DNA of 64,000 bases, from NCBI GenBank assembly GCA_965215565.1, contig CBDCDZ010000004.1, positions 3,520,001 to 3,584,000 of the forward strand, in the 5' to 3' direction. The stretch comes from Trueperaceae bacterium (GTDB lineage: Bacteria; Deinococcota; Deinococci; Deinococcales; Trueperaceae). Made by a program: the position numbers and the translations under genes. Every line of letters starts with the position of its first letter. Within the stretch, counting starts at the first letter, position 1. The notes under the pieces were generated by a model. It saw only the letters and a program-made list of their open reading frames with translations. It was not told the DNA's origin and did not search any database. Below are positions 10,256 through 19,212 of this stretch, piece by piece.

Positions 10256-10546
10256 CTAGTTAAGGCTCGGCTGTAGGGCGCGAAGCTCTAAACTGTTTGG
10301 GTGGTCGTGGCGGGCCCAGCTCGAGATAACCACCTCGAGCCTCTTCCACGAGGTGCAGTGCGTCACTTCGTTGTAAACGCAGCCGCAGTACAGTACACTC
10401 GCTTGACTCTGGTAAAGGCTGTGGAGCTTGGTGTAAAGGTGCGGACACCCCGCTTCGGCTCGCCAATAGCCCGAGATGCGCCCTGGCCGAACCATGAGCA
10501 AACCCAGACCCATAGAGCCTGACAAAGTCGCTTTTTCCCCCTGCAT
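10256..10546 (-). CDS. Small hypothetical protein, Cys/His-containing
   Basis: 96-aa ORF with AAGGGGGA RBS 4 nt before ATG; no family recognised. Confidence 0.45.
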   Translation of the reverse strand: MQGEKATLSGSMGLGLLMVRPGRISGYWRAEAGCPHLYTKLHSLYQSQASVLYCGCVYNEVTHCTSWKRLEVVISSWARHDHPNSLELRALQPSLN

Positions 10547-10679
10547 ACGTTCCCCCTTTTGTTCCGCTAAACCTTACGTTCAGTATAAAAGATGTGGGGT
10601 TATGAGAAGGGCGTCGGCTTTACAGAGCGAATTGAGCGAAATGTTGAGGGGTGTCGGTTCTACCTCATGCCGATTCTGG

Positions 10680-10791
10680 TAGTGGTTTCAAGTCGAATGC
10701 TGCCATGTGCTCCTTCTGCTATCTCTATGTAAGGAATAAGGGGTTGAAACCCCTTGCTTTGACATCAGCATCATTCTAGATAAAGCCACTA
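10680..10791 (+). mobile_element. Family B 112-bp element
   Basis: TAGTGGTTT...AAAGCCACTA ends, same AAGGGGTTGAAACCCCTT core and same length as the 5241 copy. Confidence 0.75.
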
Positions 10792-11433
10792 CCCCGATTC
10801 TTTCTGTAGGACCTGACTGTAAAGCATTCCCAAGCGCCTACGGTGAGTCTGGCGAGGGCTTAGCGCCTGTTTTTCAAAGTGAGGTGCCGGGTCAACGAGC
10901 GCACGAGCTTGCATATCGGTCTGCCAGTTGAAAAAGCCGTAGAGCAAGCGGAGCCAGAGCAAACTGTGGAGGCGTCGAAGAGGGTCTTGCGGAATGCAAA
11001 AGTCGGCGGTGTACCAGACGCCTCCCGGCTCCAAGCGCTGCGCGAGTTTAGGGATGAGGTAACCTAGCTGCGTTTCCGTAAAAACGTCCAAAAAGAAGAG
11101 TGTGACGATGAGGTCATAGCGCCGCGCGGGGTAGTCGAAGGTGAGGGCGTCGGCGTGATGAAAGGTGACTTGGGACTGTGCGCGCAAGTTCGAGCTTCGC
11201 TTCTGCGCCAGCTTCAACATCTCCAAGCTCTTATCCACACAGTCGATCTGAGCGTAAGGATTGACCTCCAAAAGCTGCGCCAAAAAACGCCCGTCCCCTT
11301 CGCCTAAGATAAGTACACGCTCCGCATCTGTAAGTTCATCCAAAAAGGCGGTGCGGGTGCGCGTGAGGTCAAAGCCGAAGGCTAGGCGCTCGAGCAGCCG
11401 ATAAGGTCGCGCTAAGCGGTCGAAGCTCCTCAC
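10789..11433 (-). CDS. Class I SAM-dependent methyltransferase
   Basis: VLILGEGDGRF motif I, CVDKS, HADAL, YDLIVTLFFLD. Confidence 0.88.
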   Translation of the reverse strand: MRSFDRLARPYRLLERLAFGFDLTRTRTAFLDELTDAERVLILGEGDGRFLAQLLEVNPYAQIDCVDKSLEMLKLAQKRSSNLRAQSQVTFHHADALTFDYPARRYDLIVTLFFLDVFTETQLGYLIPKLAQRLEPGGVWYTADFCIPQDPLRRLHSLLWLRLLYGFFNWQTDMQARALVDPAPHFEKQALSPRQTHRRRLGMLYSQVLQKESG

Positions 11434-11441
11434 GTCTTCGC

Positions 11442-12311
11442 TTAGATGAGCCAGAACACTACGAGGAGCGGCGCGGGCGTGAGCAGGGCAGCGTCGCCCA
11501 GCACGCGCAGGGCGGCGGGACCGAGGTGGGTGCGCTCTAATTCAAATAAAGCTAAGGCGCTCCCGGCGACGGCACCGTAGAGGGGCGCGGCACCGGAAAA
11601 GGCGAAGGTGAAGAGCGCTGCGGTACACGTGAGCGCGAGCGCAACATGTAAGAGCCGCCTTTCCAAGTGTGAATAGCGCAAGAGGGACAGGTGTTGCTGC
11701 GTATCCGTCGCCGCTTCCCAGTGGCTGATAAACGCGCAGTTGAGGGCGCAGAGCAGCGTAAAGAGCGCTAGCGGTATGATTATATGCCAGGGGGTAGCCC
11801 AAGAGAGTGGAAGGTTCGGGACGAGAAAGAGCGCGACGCCCGCGCCGAAGAGGAGCGCAACCTGAACCTCTTTAGGAACGATGAGTTTCGTTCCCGGAGA
11901 GAGGTGAAGGCGCGCGAGATATCCGAGCGTCGCGCCGAGGACTAAGAGCCCGCCTAAAAGCTCTATTGGGCGCAAGGTGAGGAGCGCGGCGAGTAGGCTG
12001 AGCGCGAGAACCGCGAGCCATACCCCTACAACCTCTTTGCGGTACACGATGTAGAAGCGGTGGCGGCGGGTTTGCGCGTCCTCGGGGTGGCGCTGCCAAC
12101 CGTCGAAAAGGCGGTCCGCGCTGTAGACGAGCCAGACGGGTGCGGCTAAAAGGAAGACGTGGTACCACGCCAAAGACACGCCGAAAACTTGTGCAAAGAG
12201 CGCCTGCCAGAGCACCGCGATGAGCGGCGCGTCTAGGGAGAGTACGGTGGGCCACTCCCAAAGTTTTGTCTTCGTCTGCGCTACGTTACGGGCTCGGACG
12301 CCGCTATCCAC
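11442..12311 (-). CDS. Multi-pass membrane protein, UbiA prenyltransferase-like
   Basis: About 8 hydrophobic segments; WLVYSADRLFD Asp motif; TRRHRFY; PKEVQVA. Confidence 0.55.
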   Translation of the reverse strand: MDSGVRARNVAQTKTKLWEWPTVLSLDAPLIAVLWQALFAQVFGVSLAWYHVFLLAAPVWLVYSADRLFDGWQRHPEDAQTRRHRFYIVYRKEVVGVWLAVLALSLLAALLTLRPIELLGGLLVLGATLGYLARLHLSPGTKLIVPKEVQVALLFGAGVALFLVPNLPLSWATPWHIIIPLALFTLLCALNCAFISHWEAATDTQQHLSLLRYSHLERRLLHVALALTCTAALFTFAFSGAAPLYGAVAGSALALFELERTHLGPAALRVLGDAALLTPAPLLVVFWLI

Positions 12312-12529
12312 CCCCCGGTTATACCCGCTTTCGGGGCAGAGAAAACCGCCTCACCTTGCAAAGGTTTGAAGGGGTGTGATGCGGATTCCGCTACTCACCG
12401 GAATTCGTAGCTATTGATGCAAGGCTACGCGCCGCTTGGTTCGCGTCAGCACCTTGAGAGGAGACCGCGTCAATGCGTTCCCACTATTGACTTCGTGAAC
12501 GCATCCGTTCAGGTTAAACATAAATGAAA

Positions 12530-12640
12530 TAGCAGTTCCATAACCTATTGAGACAGATAAGCGCAGATATCATCTCTGAAAGTGCGTGCCAAACAATAAC
12601 TTACTTAGTGAGCGTGTCTCTGACCAGATGATACCTGCTA
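12530..12640 (-). mobile_element. Family A element, 111 bp, no insert
   Basis: TAGCAGTTCC...CCAGATGATACCTGCTA, exactly 111 bp. Confidence 0.82.
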
Positions 12641-12770
12641 AAAGTATGTTTAACCTAATAGGAAGTACGCCACGGATAACCTTTCTTCGCTGCTTTCTGC
12701 TTGCTCAACCCATGTGCTCGGGTGGCGCTTCTAATTCCGTCGGTTGACGCTGGCTGTCTCTAGCTGAATA

Positions 12771-12881
12771 TAGCAAGTATCATTTGGTTTGAGCCAGTCT
12801 CACGCTGGAGAACATCGACGAGCACGCACACTCTTAAATGATACTTGCGCTATTCCAATTCAGTACTTCTGTAAATTGCTT
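12771..12881 (+). mobile_element. Family A element, 111 bp, no insert
   Basis: TAGCAAGTATCATTTGG...AAATGATACTTGC...AAATTGCTT. Confidence 0.82.
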
Positions 12882-12927
12882 TATTTCGTGCTTCTTTCCA
12901 AAAGGAAGTTTTGTTCGCCCCATATTT

Positions 12928-13038
12928 TAGCAGTTCCGAGACATACTGAGACGGATGAGCGCAGGTATCATCATCGAATGTGCGTGCTAGACGTCGTTTT
13001 ATCTAGTGGGCGTGTCTCAAACCAGATGATACCTGCTA
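12928..13038 (-). mobile_element. Family A element, 111 bp, no insert
   Basis: TAGCAGTTCC...GCAGGTATCATC...CAGATGATACCTGCTA. Confidence 0.82.
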
Positions 13039-13073
13039 TTTGTTATAATCGTTCAGGGGTGTGCCATGCTTGA

Positions 13074-14171
13074 TTGGAACTGTTCGTGCTGACGCCGCTA
13101 CCGTTAGCTTACGGAGCTTCGCCGCCGCGCCACGCGCTGCAGCGCGGTTTGGCGCTCGTCAGTCTCGTTATGAGCGGCCTATGGTTCGTATTCTACGAGC
13201 TTCTGGGGCTCGCGTTTCCGCTTAACCGCAGCCTTTACGCGCTGCTCATCATTGCGAGCGCCGCCGCGTTTTTTGCGCCGCCCCGCCTGCGCGAAAGAGC
13301 GGTAGAGCTAGGCGCGTTCGTCTACTTAGCAGTGCTGCTCGTAGCTTGGCTCGAGGCGTTCTACTACTCTTACGGCTCGCTCAGCGCGCAGTTCTCGGTT
13401 CTTAAAGTCACCCTTTGGCTGCCTGCTGTTTGCGGCGCATTTTTTTTGGTGTACAGCCCGAGAACCGCGCTCAACGTCTCTTCGTTGGCGCTTAGCGCGT
13501 TCATCATGACGAGTGTGCCGCACGCGCTCGCGACATCGGGCGACAGAGGGGTTTTCAGCGGGTTTTTGCTGCCGCTAGCGCTCCTCGTCGGTCACGGGGC
13601 GTGTGTGGCGGCGCTCCACGCTTTGACGCGCCCCGCCCTGCCCACCTCCGGCGTCAGCGACAACGTCGAGCAGCTCCAGAAGCTCGCCTACTACGACACG
13701 CTTACGGGCGTCCCCAACCGGCGGCAGATGAACTTGCTCCTTCAGGATGCGTTCATAGGCGCGCGCAAAGGGGATGCGTTAGCTGTCATGATGATCGACT
13801 TCGACTACTTCAAGCAGATCAACGACGCTTTCGGTCACAACGTCGGTGACATGGTCCTCTCCACTGCCGTTCAGAGGCTCGCCGAGCAGCTTCGCAGCAA
13901 CGACACCCTTGGGCGTTGGGGCGGCGAGGAATTTATCGTATTAGCGCGGCACGCGGGTGAGCAAGGCGCGCTGCGCCGCGCCGAACGGCTGCGCGAGGCG
14001 GTAGAAGCGAGACCTCTTTTCGGCGACTACAAGGTCACGGTGAGCTGTGGCGTCGCACTCTACAAGCCAGGGGACACGCCCGAGCTGCTCATTAAACGCG
14101 CCGACAAAGCGCTCTACCGCGCTAAGCGCAACGGACGCAACCGCGTCGAAGCGGTTGCGGGACCCGAGTAA
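13074..14171 (+). CDS. Membrane-bound diguanylate cyclase (GGDEF domain)
   Basis: N-terminal TM helices; DTLTGVPNRR, DFDYFKQINDAFGHNVGD, RxxD I-site and GRWGGEEF. Confidence 0.92.
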   Translation: MELFVLTPLPLAYGASPPRHALQRGLALVSLVMSGLWFVFYELLGLAFPLNRSLYALLIIASAAAFFAPPRLRERAVELGAFVYLAVLLVAWLEAFYYSYGSLSAQFSVLKVTLWLPAVCGAFFLVYSPRTALNVSSLALSAFIMTSVPHALATSGDRGVFSGFLLPLALLVGHGACVAALHALTRPALPTSGVSDNVEQLQKLAYYDTLTGVPNRRQMNLLLQDAFIGARKGDALAVMMIDFDYFKQINDAFGHNVGDMVLSTAVQRLAEQLRSNDTLGRWGGEEFIVLARHAGEQGALRRAERLREAVEARPLFGDYKVTVSCGVALYKPGDTPELLIKRADKALYRAKRNGRNRVEAVAGPE

Positions 14172-14248
14172 AGCGCCGCAGCTCGAGCAGGGCTCCCACT
14201 GTTCAGCCTCGCTACCCGTTAGGGAAACAAGGTTGTAGCAGGTGTCAG

Positions 14249-14365
14249 TAGACCTCTTGCAAAAGTTCCCCTTTCTCTGCCCGTTGCGTCTGCTCATACT
14301 CGTTCTACTCGGCAAAAGCGCGAGCCGGGCATTCTCACCTGTCTCCCACTTTCGCAAAAGGTCTA
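14249..14365. mobile_element. 117-bp MITE-like element (family C)
   Basis: TIR TAGACCTCTTGCAAAAG / CTTTCGCAAAAGGTCTA (15 of 17 match); single copy in window. Confidence 0.55.
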
Positions 14366-14643
14366 GTGTGTCGTGGAAGTGCTGATGAGCTAGAAAAGAA
14401 CGTGTAGGCACAAAAAAAGCGCTCGCCTATAAATAACTTGGGCAGCGCGTCTCTTTCAATTGGTTATAAAACCTAGTATACACCCGTATGCGCTATTCGT
14501 CAAGAGGTTGCACTGAACCTCGGACGAAATTCCGCACAACTCTCGCCCGCACGCCTAAAGTACTTTGCTTGGTATAGAAAAACCGTTTGACAGCAGTGCG
14601 ACTGGAGAGGTTGCTGCGCTGGATAGAGACGGACGGTTCTAAA

Positions 14644-14892
14644 TCATACCAATTCCGATTGTTTCGCTAACATAGCGAATCAATCCGAGCGGAAAAGAGT
14701 CTTCAACCGGTGGTAACATCAACGAATAGCCAATATGAGCAGCAATCAACGGCATGATACGCCCGGTTGAGGACTCTCCTGCGAGTGGGAGCAAAGATTT
14801 ACATAGTTTTCGCCTTCGCGAAACGGATGGAGTGTATGAACTATCATCGAACGCATTTCTCGGTGATAGGGAATTGAACGGAATTCGTATCA
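14644..14892. repeat. Deinococcus SNR/SRE-like non-coding repeat with nested IR element
   Basis: Ends TCATACCAATTCCG...CGGAATTCGTATCA; internal ATCCGAGCGGA and GCGAGTGGGAG resemble Deinococcus small non-coding repeats as I recall them. Confidence 0.55.
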
Positions 14893-15024
14893 GATGCTGC
14901 TACGTACTCCTTCTCCTTTCTCGGAATGATGAACACAACCCCTCGCTTTGACCTCGGTGTTGTTCCAGACTATCCCCGCAACTCGGTTCACCGCAGCGCC
15001 TCATCTATCGTAAACTACCTCTCT

Positions 15025-15777
15025 ATGACTCACCCACGTTCGGACGAGCACCTACCCTCTCTACCTCTCAGAATAGAACGGCTCGGCGTCGTCACCTCTA
15101 CACAAGACCTGATGAAAGCGCGGCTCGCTGAGGGGAGGCGCGTTCACGGGCTGGTGCTGCGCGCCGAGGTGCAGACATCTGGGCGCGGGCGCGGCGCGCG
15201 AGCTTGGCGGAGCGCCGAGGGTGGCAGCTACCAGACGCTCGCGGTCTATGCGCCCGACTATCTGCCTGCCCATCTGCTCGAGGGGAAGCACCTGAGCCCG
15301 AGGGTGTCCGTCGCCGTCGCGGTAGGGCTCGCACAAACCTTGCCGCGTTATGGGGTCAAAGTCGGCGTCAAGTGGCCCAATGACCTCTTCTACCGCCATA
15401 AGAAGTTGGCGGGGATACTGCTCGACTATACCCGCGCCCATCTGCTCATCGGCGTCGGCATGAATGTGAATAACGAGACCCCGGCAGGCGCGGTGGGGCT
15501 CAGAGGGTGGGACCTGGCGGGGGCGCACGCGGTTGTACTGGAGGGTATACAGGTTGGACTGGGGTTGCTCTCTGCGCCCGCTTTGGCGGCAGCCTACGCC
15601 CCGTATGACTTACTAGCTGAACAAGAGGTCAGCATCTTGCACCGGAGCGAAGTGACGACGGGCGTCGCGCTTGGTATCAGTGAGCGCGGCTGCTTACGGC
15701 TGAATATACCCGGCGCGGCTGAGGGGCTCGAGGTCTGCCAAGGGCATCTGGAACGCTTCACGCTGCGTAAAGACTAG
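15025..15777 (+). CDS. birA: Biotin--protein ligase without HTH
   Basis: TSTQD, AEVQTSGRGRGARAW, KWPNDL, KKLAGIL, IGVGMNV; start at ATG 15025 after TAAACT. Confidence 0.88.
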   Translation: MTHPRSDEHLPSLPLRIERLGVVTSTQDLMKARLAEGRRVHGLVLRAEVQTSGRGRGARAWRSAEGGSYQTLAVYAPDYLPAHLLEGKHLSPRVSVAVAVGLAQTLPRYGVKVGVKWPNDLFYRHKKLAGILLDYTRAHLLIGVGMNVNNETPAGAVGLRGWDLAGAHAVVLEGIQVGLGLLSAPALAAAYAPYDLLAEQEVSILHRSEVTTGVALGISERGCLRLNIPGAAEGLEVCQGHLERFTLRKD

Positions 15778-16058
15778 GGGTAAGGGGTGCGTTTGGTGCC
15801 CACTTATGTCACTGGTGTTCACTTACGTCAAACGCAACGCGCCTAAGCTAGAGAAACCAGGTAAGATAGTGTAGAAATACTGCATTTTTGTTAAATTATA
15901 GCATTTCTCAAAATTGTTCTTGTGTCACGCAGATATTGCCGTTAGGCGTGCGCTCGATGATGTTCAGGGAAGTGAGGTTGGCGCAAAACAGATGACTATA
16001 GTGACCCAGTGTACTAAAGGTATACTTACTACACTTAACGGCGCGTACGAGGAGAGTC

Positions 16059-16697
16059 ATGGCTGAGACGATACAGGTACTGCTCGCAGACGATCATCCG
16101 CTGGTGCGGTCTGGCATTCGCGCGACGCTCGCGAACGAGTCGAGGATCGAGTTGGTGGGCGAAGCGACTGACGGCGACGAAGCCCAGCAGATGGGTTTAG
16201 CGCTGCGCCCCGACGTCATGCTGCTCGACTTGGGTATGCCGGGACCCTCCCCGCTAGAAACCATCGCCTACATACGCGAGCACTGTCCCGGAACCAGAGT
16301 CCTGATCCTCACCGCTTACGACGATGACACCTACATCCGCGGGCTCACGGGCGCAGGTATCGACGGGTATCTGCTCAAAGACGAAGCTACCGAAGCCTTG
16401 ATGAACGCAATCGTTACGCTGCACGGGGGCGGCACCTGGTTCAGCCACGCCATCGCCCAGAAGATGTTCGAATGGCGCTCGGGCGAAAGGAGCGCCGCGT
16501 TTGACCTCACGCGCCGCGAGGAGGAGATGCTTTCAGGCATCGCGCAGGGCTGGGACAACAAGCGCATCGCCGACGAGTACACGCTCGCCGAACAAACAGT
16601 GCGTAACTACATCAGCCGCATCTACGACAAGCTCAACTTGCATTCGAGGGCTGAAGTTGTGGTGTGGGCGCGGCAGCAGGGGTTCGCGAAGGACTAA
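16059..16697 (+). CDS. NarL/LuxR-family response regulator
   Basis: LADDHPLVR, DVMLLDLGMP, GYLLK and a C-terminal LuxR HTH; GAGGAG RBS. Confidence 0.93.
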   Translation: MAETIQVLLADDHPLVRSGIRATLANESRIELVGEATDGDEAQQMGLALRPDVMLLDLGMPGPSPLETIAYIREHCPGTRVLILTAYDDDTYIRGLTGAGIDGYLLKDEATEALMNAIVTLHGGGTWFSHAIAQKMFEWRSGERSAAFDLTRREEEMLSGIAQGWDNKRIADEYTLAEQTVRNYISRIYDKLNLHSRAEVVVWARQQGFAKD

Positions 16698-16709
16698 TAC
16701 CCTTTCCTA

Positions 16710-16841
16710 TAGCAGGTATCATCTGGTCAGCTACACTCTTACTGAAAAGAACATCGCCTAGCACGCACTTTCAAAGATGATATCTGCGGAGAAGTGTTGC
16801 TTCGCATAACTTCGTTCAAGCAATGACAAGTGGAACTACTA
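16710..16841 (+). mobile_element. Family A element (111 bp plus 21 bp insert)
   Basis: TATAGCAGGTATCATCTGG...GTGGAACTACTA; insert after ATCTGCG. Confidence 0.8.
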
Positions 16842-16845
16842 CTAG

Positions 16846-16911
16846 AAGGTGTCCCGTTCCGTGTGTATCCAAAATGCAAGGTGTCCCGTTCCGTGTGTAT
16901 CCAAAATGCAA
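16846..16911. repeat. Perfect 32-bp tandem duplication
   Basis: AAGGTGTCCCGTTCCGTGTGTATCCAAAATGC twice, head to tail. Confidence 0.92.
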
Positions 16912-16942
16912 CTCGCGTCTCGCACGGGTTTTGCGCAACTCC

Positions 16943-17053
16943 TAGCAGGTATCATCTGGTCTAAGACACTCTCACTGTAGAAAACACTGTTCAGTACGCA
17001 CATTCAGAGATGATACCTGCGACACTCTGTCTCAGTATGTTTTGGAAGTGCTA
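16943..17053 (+). mobile_element. Family A element, 111-bp reference copy
   Basis: TAGCAGGTATCATCT...AGATGATACCTGC (perfect 13-bp internal IR)...GGAAGTGCTA. Confidence 0.85.
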
Positions 17054-17090
17054 TCCATACACAAAACGTGGTATACCGCCTTTCCTATCG

Positions 17091-18329
17091 CTACGTCGAG
17101 ACCAGTTCGGCGCTCGGGCGCACTTGCGCAGGCTGTTCCAGCGGAAGCGCCACGCGGAAGACCGCGCCGCCCGCATCTTGGTTTGAGGCGGAGACCTGTC
17201 CGCCGTGCAACTCGACTAAGGCGCGCACGATAGCGAGTCCTAAACCGCTGCCGCCCGTCGCGCGCCCTCGGCTCAGATCAGCGCGGTAGAAGCGGTTAAA
17301 AATCCGCGCCAAGGCGTCCTCGGAGAGCCCCGGTCCTGAGTCGGCGACGGTGAGTACGGTGCTCGCCGCACCGTTTCTCCCACCTGTTCGAGCCTCGAGC
17401 CTCAGCACCACCTCGCCCCCCGGCGGCGTGTGACGCAGCGCGTTGCTGAGCAAATTGCCCAATACTTGCGAGAGCCTGTCGGGGTCCGCGTAGACGTGCA
17501 GCGCGCCGGGTAGCTCGAGCCGAATCGTCACCTCTTTCGCCCTGGCGCTCCCGGCGAAGGCAGCGCTACACGCCCTGACGATTTCCGTGAGATTAGTGGG
17601 ACGGCGCTCCAACGAGAGCCTGCCCGCGTCGGCGAGCGAGAGCGTGCGCAGGTCTTGGACGAGCCTCGAAAGAAGTTGCGTCTGTTTGGTCAGCGTTTGC
17701 AGCGAGTCGCCGTCTAGGGGCAAGACGCCGTCCTCCATCGCGTCAATATGCCCTTGCAAGATGGTCAGCGGGGTGCGGAGTTCGTGTGCGATATCGGCGA
17801 TCATCGCCTGGCGCTCACGCTCCAAACGCTCTAGCGACTCCGCCATCGCGTTGAAGTTGTGCGTCAGCTCGCCGATCTCGCCGTGCTTTGTACGCGCAGG
17901 GGGGACGACGCGCGCGCTCAAGTCGCCGTGGGCCACGCGGCGCGCGGCGTGCGACACGTTCGTAATAGGTTTGGAGATGTGCCGCGCGATGAGGAGCGCC
18001 ACAAGCACGCCGAAAGGGACGGCGATGAGCGCCGCGATGAGCAGTGAGCGCAGCCGCCCATTGAGGATGTTGAGGAGTGCGGTGAGAAAGCGTTCGAAAT
18101 TCTCGTCCGAACTGATCAGGTCTCGGAAGAGCGCTTTGATGAGGGGTAGTTGCTCTTCTCTCGAGAGTTCTGGGTCATCTACAACCTCATCGATACCGTT
18201 GCGAAAGTTGGCGGGTAAGTTTTCGTACTGCCGCGACATGCTGTACATCTCGGTGACCACGAGGAGCGCGATCGTGCTCGCGATTGCGCTGACGATAAAG
18301 ACGGTGAGGCGGACGGCGAGGCGGTTCAT
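17091..18329 (-). CDS. HAMP sensor histidine kinase (BaeS-like)
   Basis: Two TM segments, HAMP, IAHELRTPL, NLLSNALRH, DSGPG, GGSGLGL. Confidence 0.93.
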   Translation of the reverse strand: MNRLAVRLTVFIVSAIASTIALLVVTEMYSMSRQYENLPANFRNGIDEVVDDPELSREEQLPLIKALFRDLISSDENFERFLTALLNILNGRLRSLLIAALIAVPFGVLVALLIARHISKPITNVSHAARRVAHGDLSARVVPPARTKHGEIGELTHNFNAMAESLERLERERQAMIADIAHELRTPLTILQGHIDAMEDGVLPLDGDSLQTLTKQTQLLSRLVQDLRTLSLADAGRLSLERRPTNLTEIVRACSAAFAGSARAKEVTIRLELPGALHVYADPDRLSQVLGNLLSNALRHTPPGGEVVLRLEARTGGRNGAASTVLTVADSGPGLSEDALARIFNRFYRADLSRGRATGGSGLGLAIVRALVELHGGQVSASNQDAGGAVFRVALPLEQPAQVRPSAELVST

Positions 18330-18333
18330 AGGG

Positions 18334-19098
18334 TCAGCCGGGTAGCTCCGCCAAGCGGTAGCCCACCCCGCGCACGGTCTGCAACAGTCCCTCCGCGCCC
18401 TGCTCGCCGAGCTTGCGCCGCAAGTTGCGTAGGTGAACGTCCACGACGCGCTCGAGCGCGTCGCTTTCGGGCAGCGCCGCCTCTAAGAGTTCGGCGCGGC
18501 TAAAGGTGCGCCCCTCAGCGCACGCCATGTGGTAGAGCAGCCGGAATTCGGTGGCGGTTAAGGGGAGCACCGCGCCGCGAACAGACGCGGTGGTGCGCCT
18601 CGGGTCTACTTCTAAAGTGCCTACGCGCGCGGGCATCTCACCTTGTGCGTTCTGGGCTTGAGTGTGGGTGCGGCGCAGCACCGCCTTGACGCGCGCCATG
18701 ACCTCGCGCGGGCGAAAGGGCTTGGTGACGTAGTCGTCCGCGCCTAGCTCGAGCCCTAAAAGTTTATCGAGTTCTTCCGTCCGCGCGGAGAGCATGATCA
18801 CGGGCGTCGTGCTCTCCGCGCGAATGACTTTAAGCACCTCGACGCCGTCTAACTCGGGCAGCATAATGTCCAAAAGGACCAAGTCCGGGCGAGTTGCCCG
18901 GAAGAGCGTCAGCGCCGCCCTGCCGTCTTTCGCCCGCTCGGTGCGGTAGCCCGAGCGTTGCAAATACCCCTCCAACACCTTGGCGATGTCCAGTTCGTCC
19001 TCAACCACCAACACGAGCGCCATGCCCTCCACTGTAGCGCTTTGACGCATCCCTGTCATCTTTTGCTGTACCGGTTTCTGTTGTGTCGGCTTCTGCAT
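18334..19098 (-). CDS. OmpR/BaeR-family response regulator
   Basis: VVEDE, LLDIMLP, GADDYVTKPF, TVRGVGY; start may be 19023. Confidence 0.93.
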   Translation of the reverse strand: MQKPTQQKPVQQKMTGMRQSATVEGMALVLVVEDELDIAKVLEGYLQRSGYRTERAKDGRAALTLFRATRPDLVLLDIMLPELDGVEVLKVIRAESTTPVIMLSARTEELDKLLGLELGADDYVTKPFRPREVMARVKAVLRRTHTQAQNAQGEMPARVGTLEVDPRRTTASVRGAVLPLTATEFRLLYHMACAEGRTFSRAELLEAALPESDALERVVDVHLRNLRRKLGEQGAEGLLQTVRGVGYRLAELPG

Positions 19099-19212
19099 TG
19101 GTACTAGCTTAGTGGACGCTTATTAAGGTCTGGCGAAGAGGGTGGAGAGGCGGAAGGGAGAATAAAGAATAGAAGCGCCTCTTCTTCCTTCTGTATTCTG
19201 CCTCCTGCATCT

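Noticed and set aside
12789..13073. Short ORFs over repeats (also 35892-36098, 50048-50269, 55535-55771)
   Set aside because: They run through Family A elements and have no RBS or protein-like motifs.
16846..16911. 32-bp repeat as a CRISPR array
   Set aside because: Only two abutting copies, no spacer, no cas genes.
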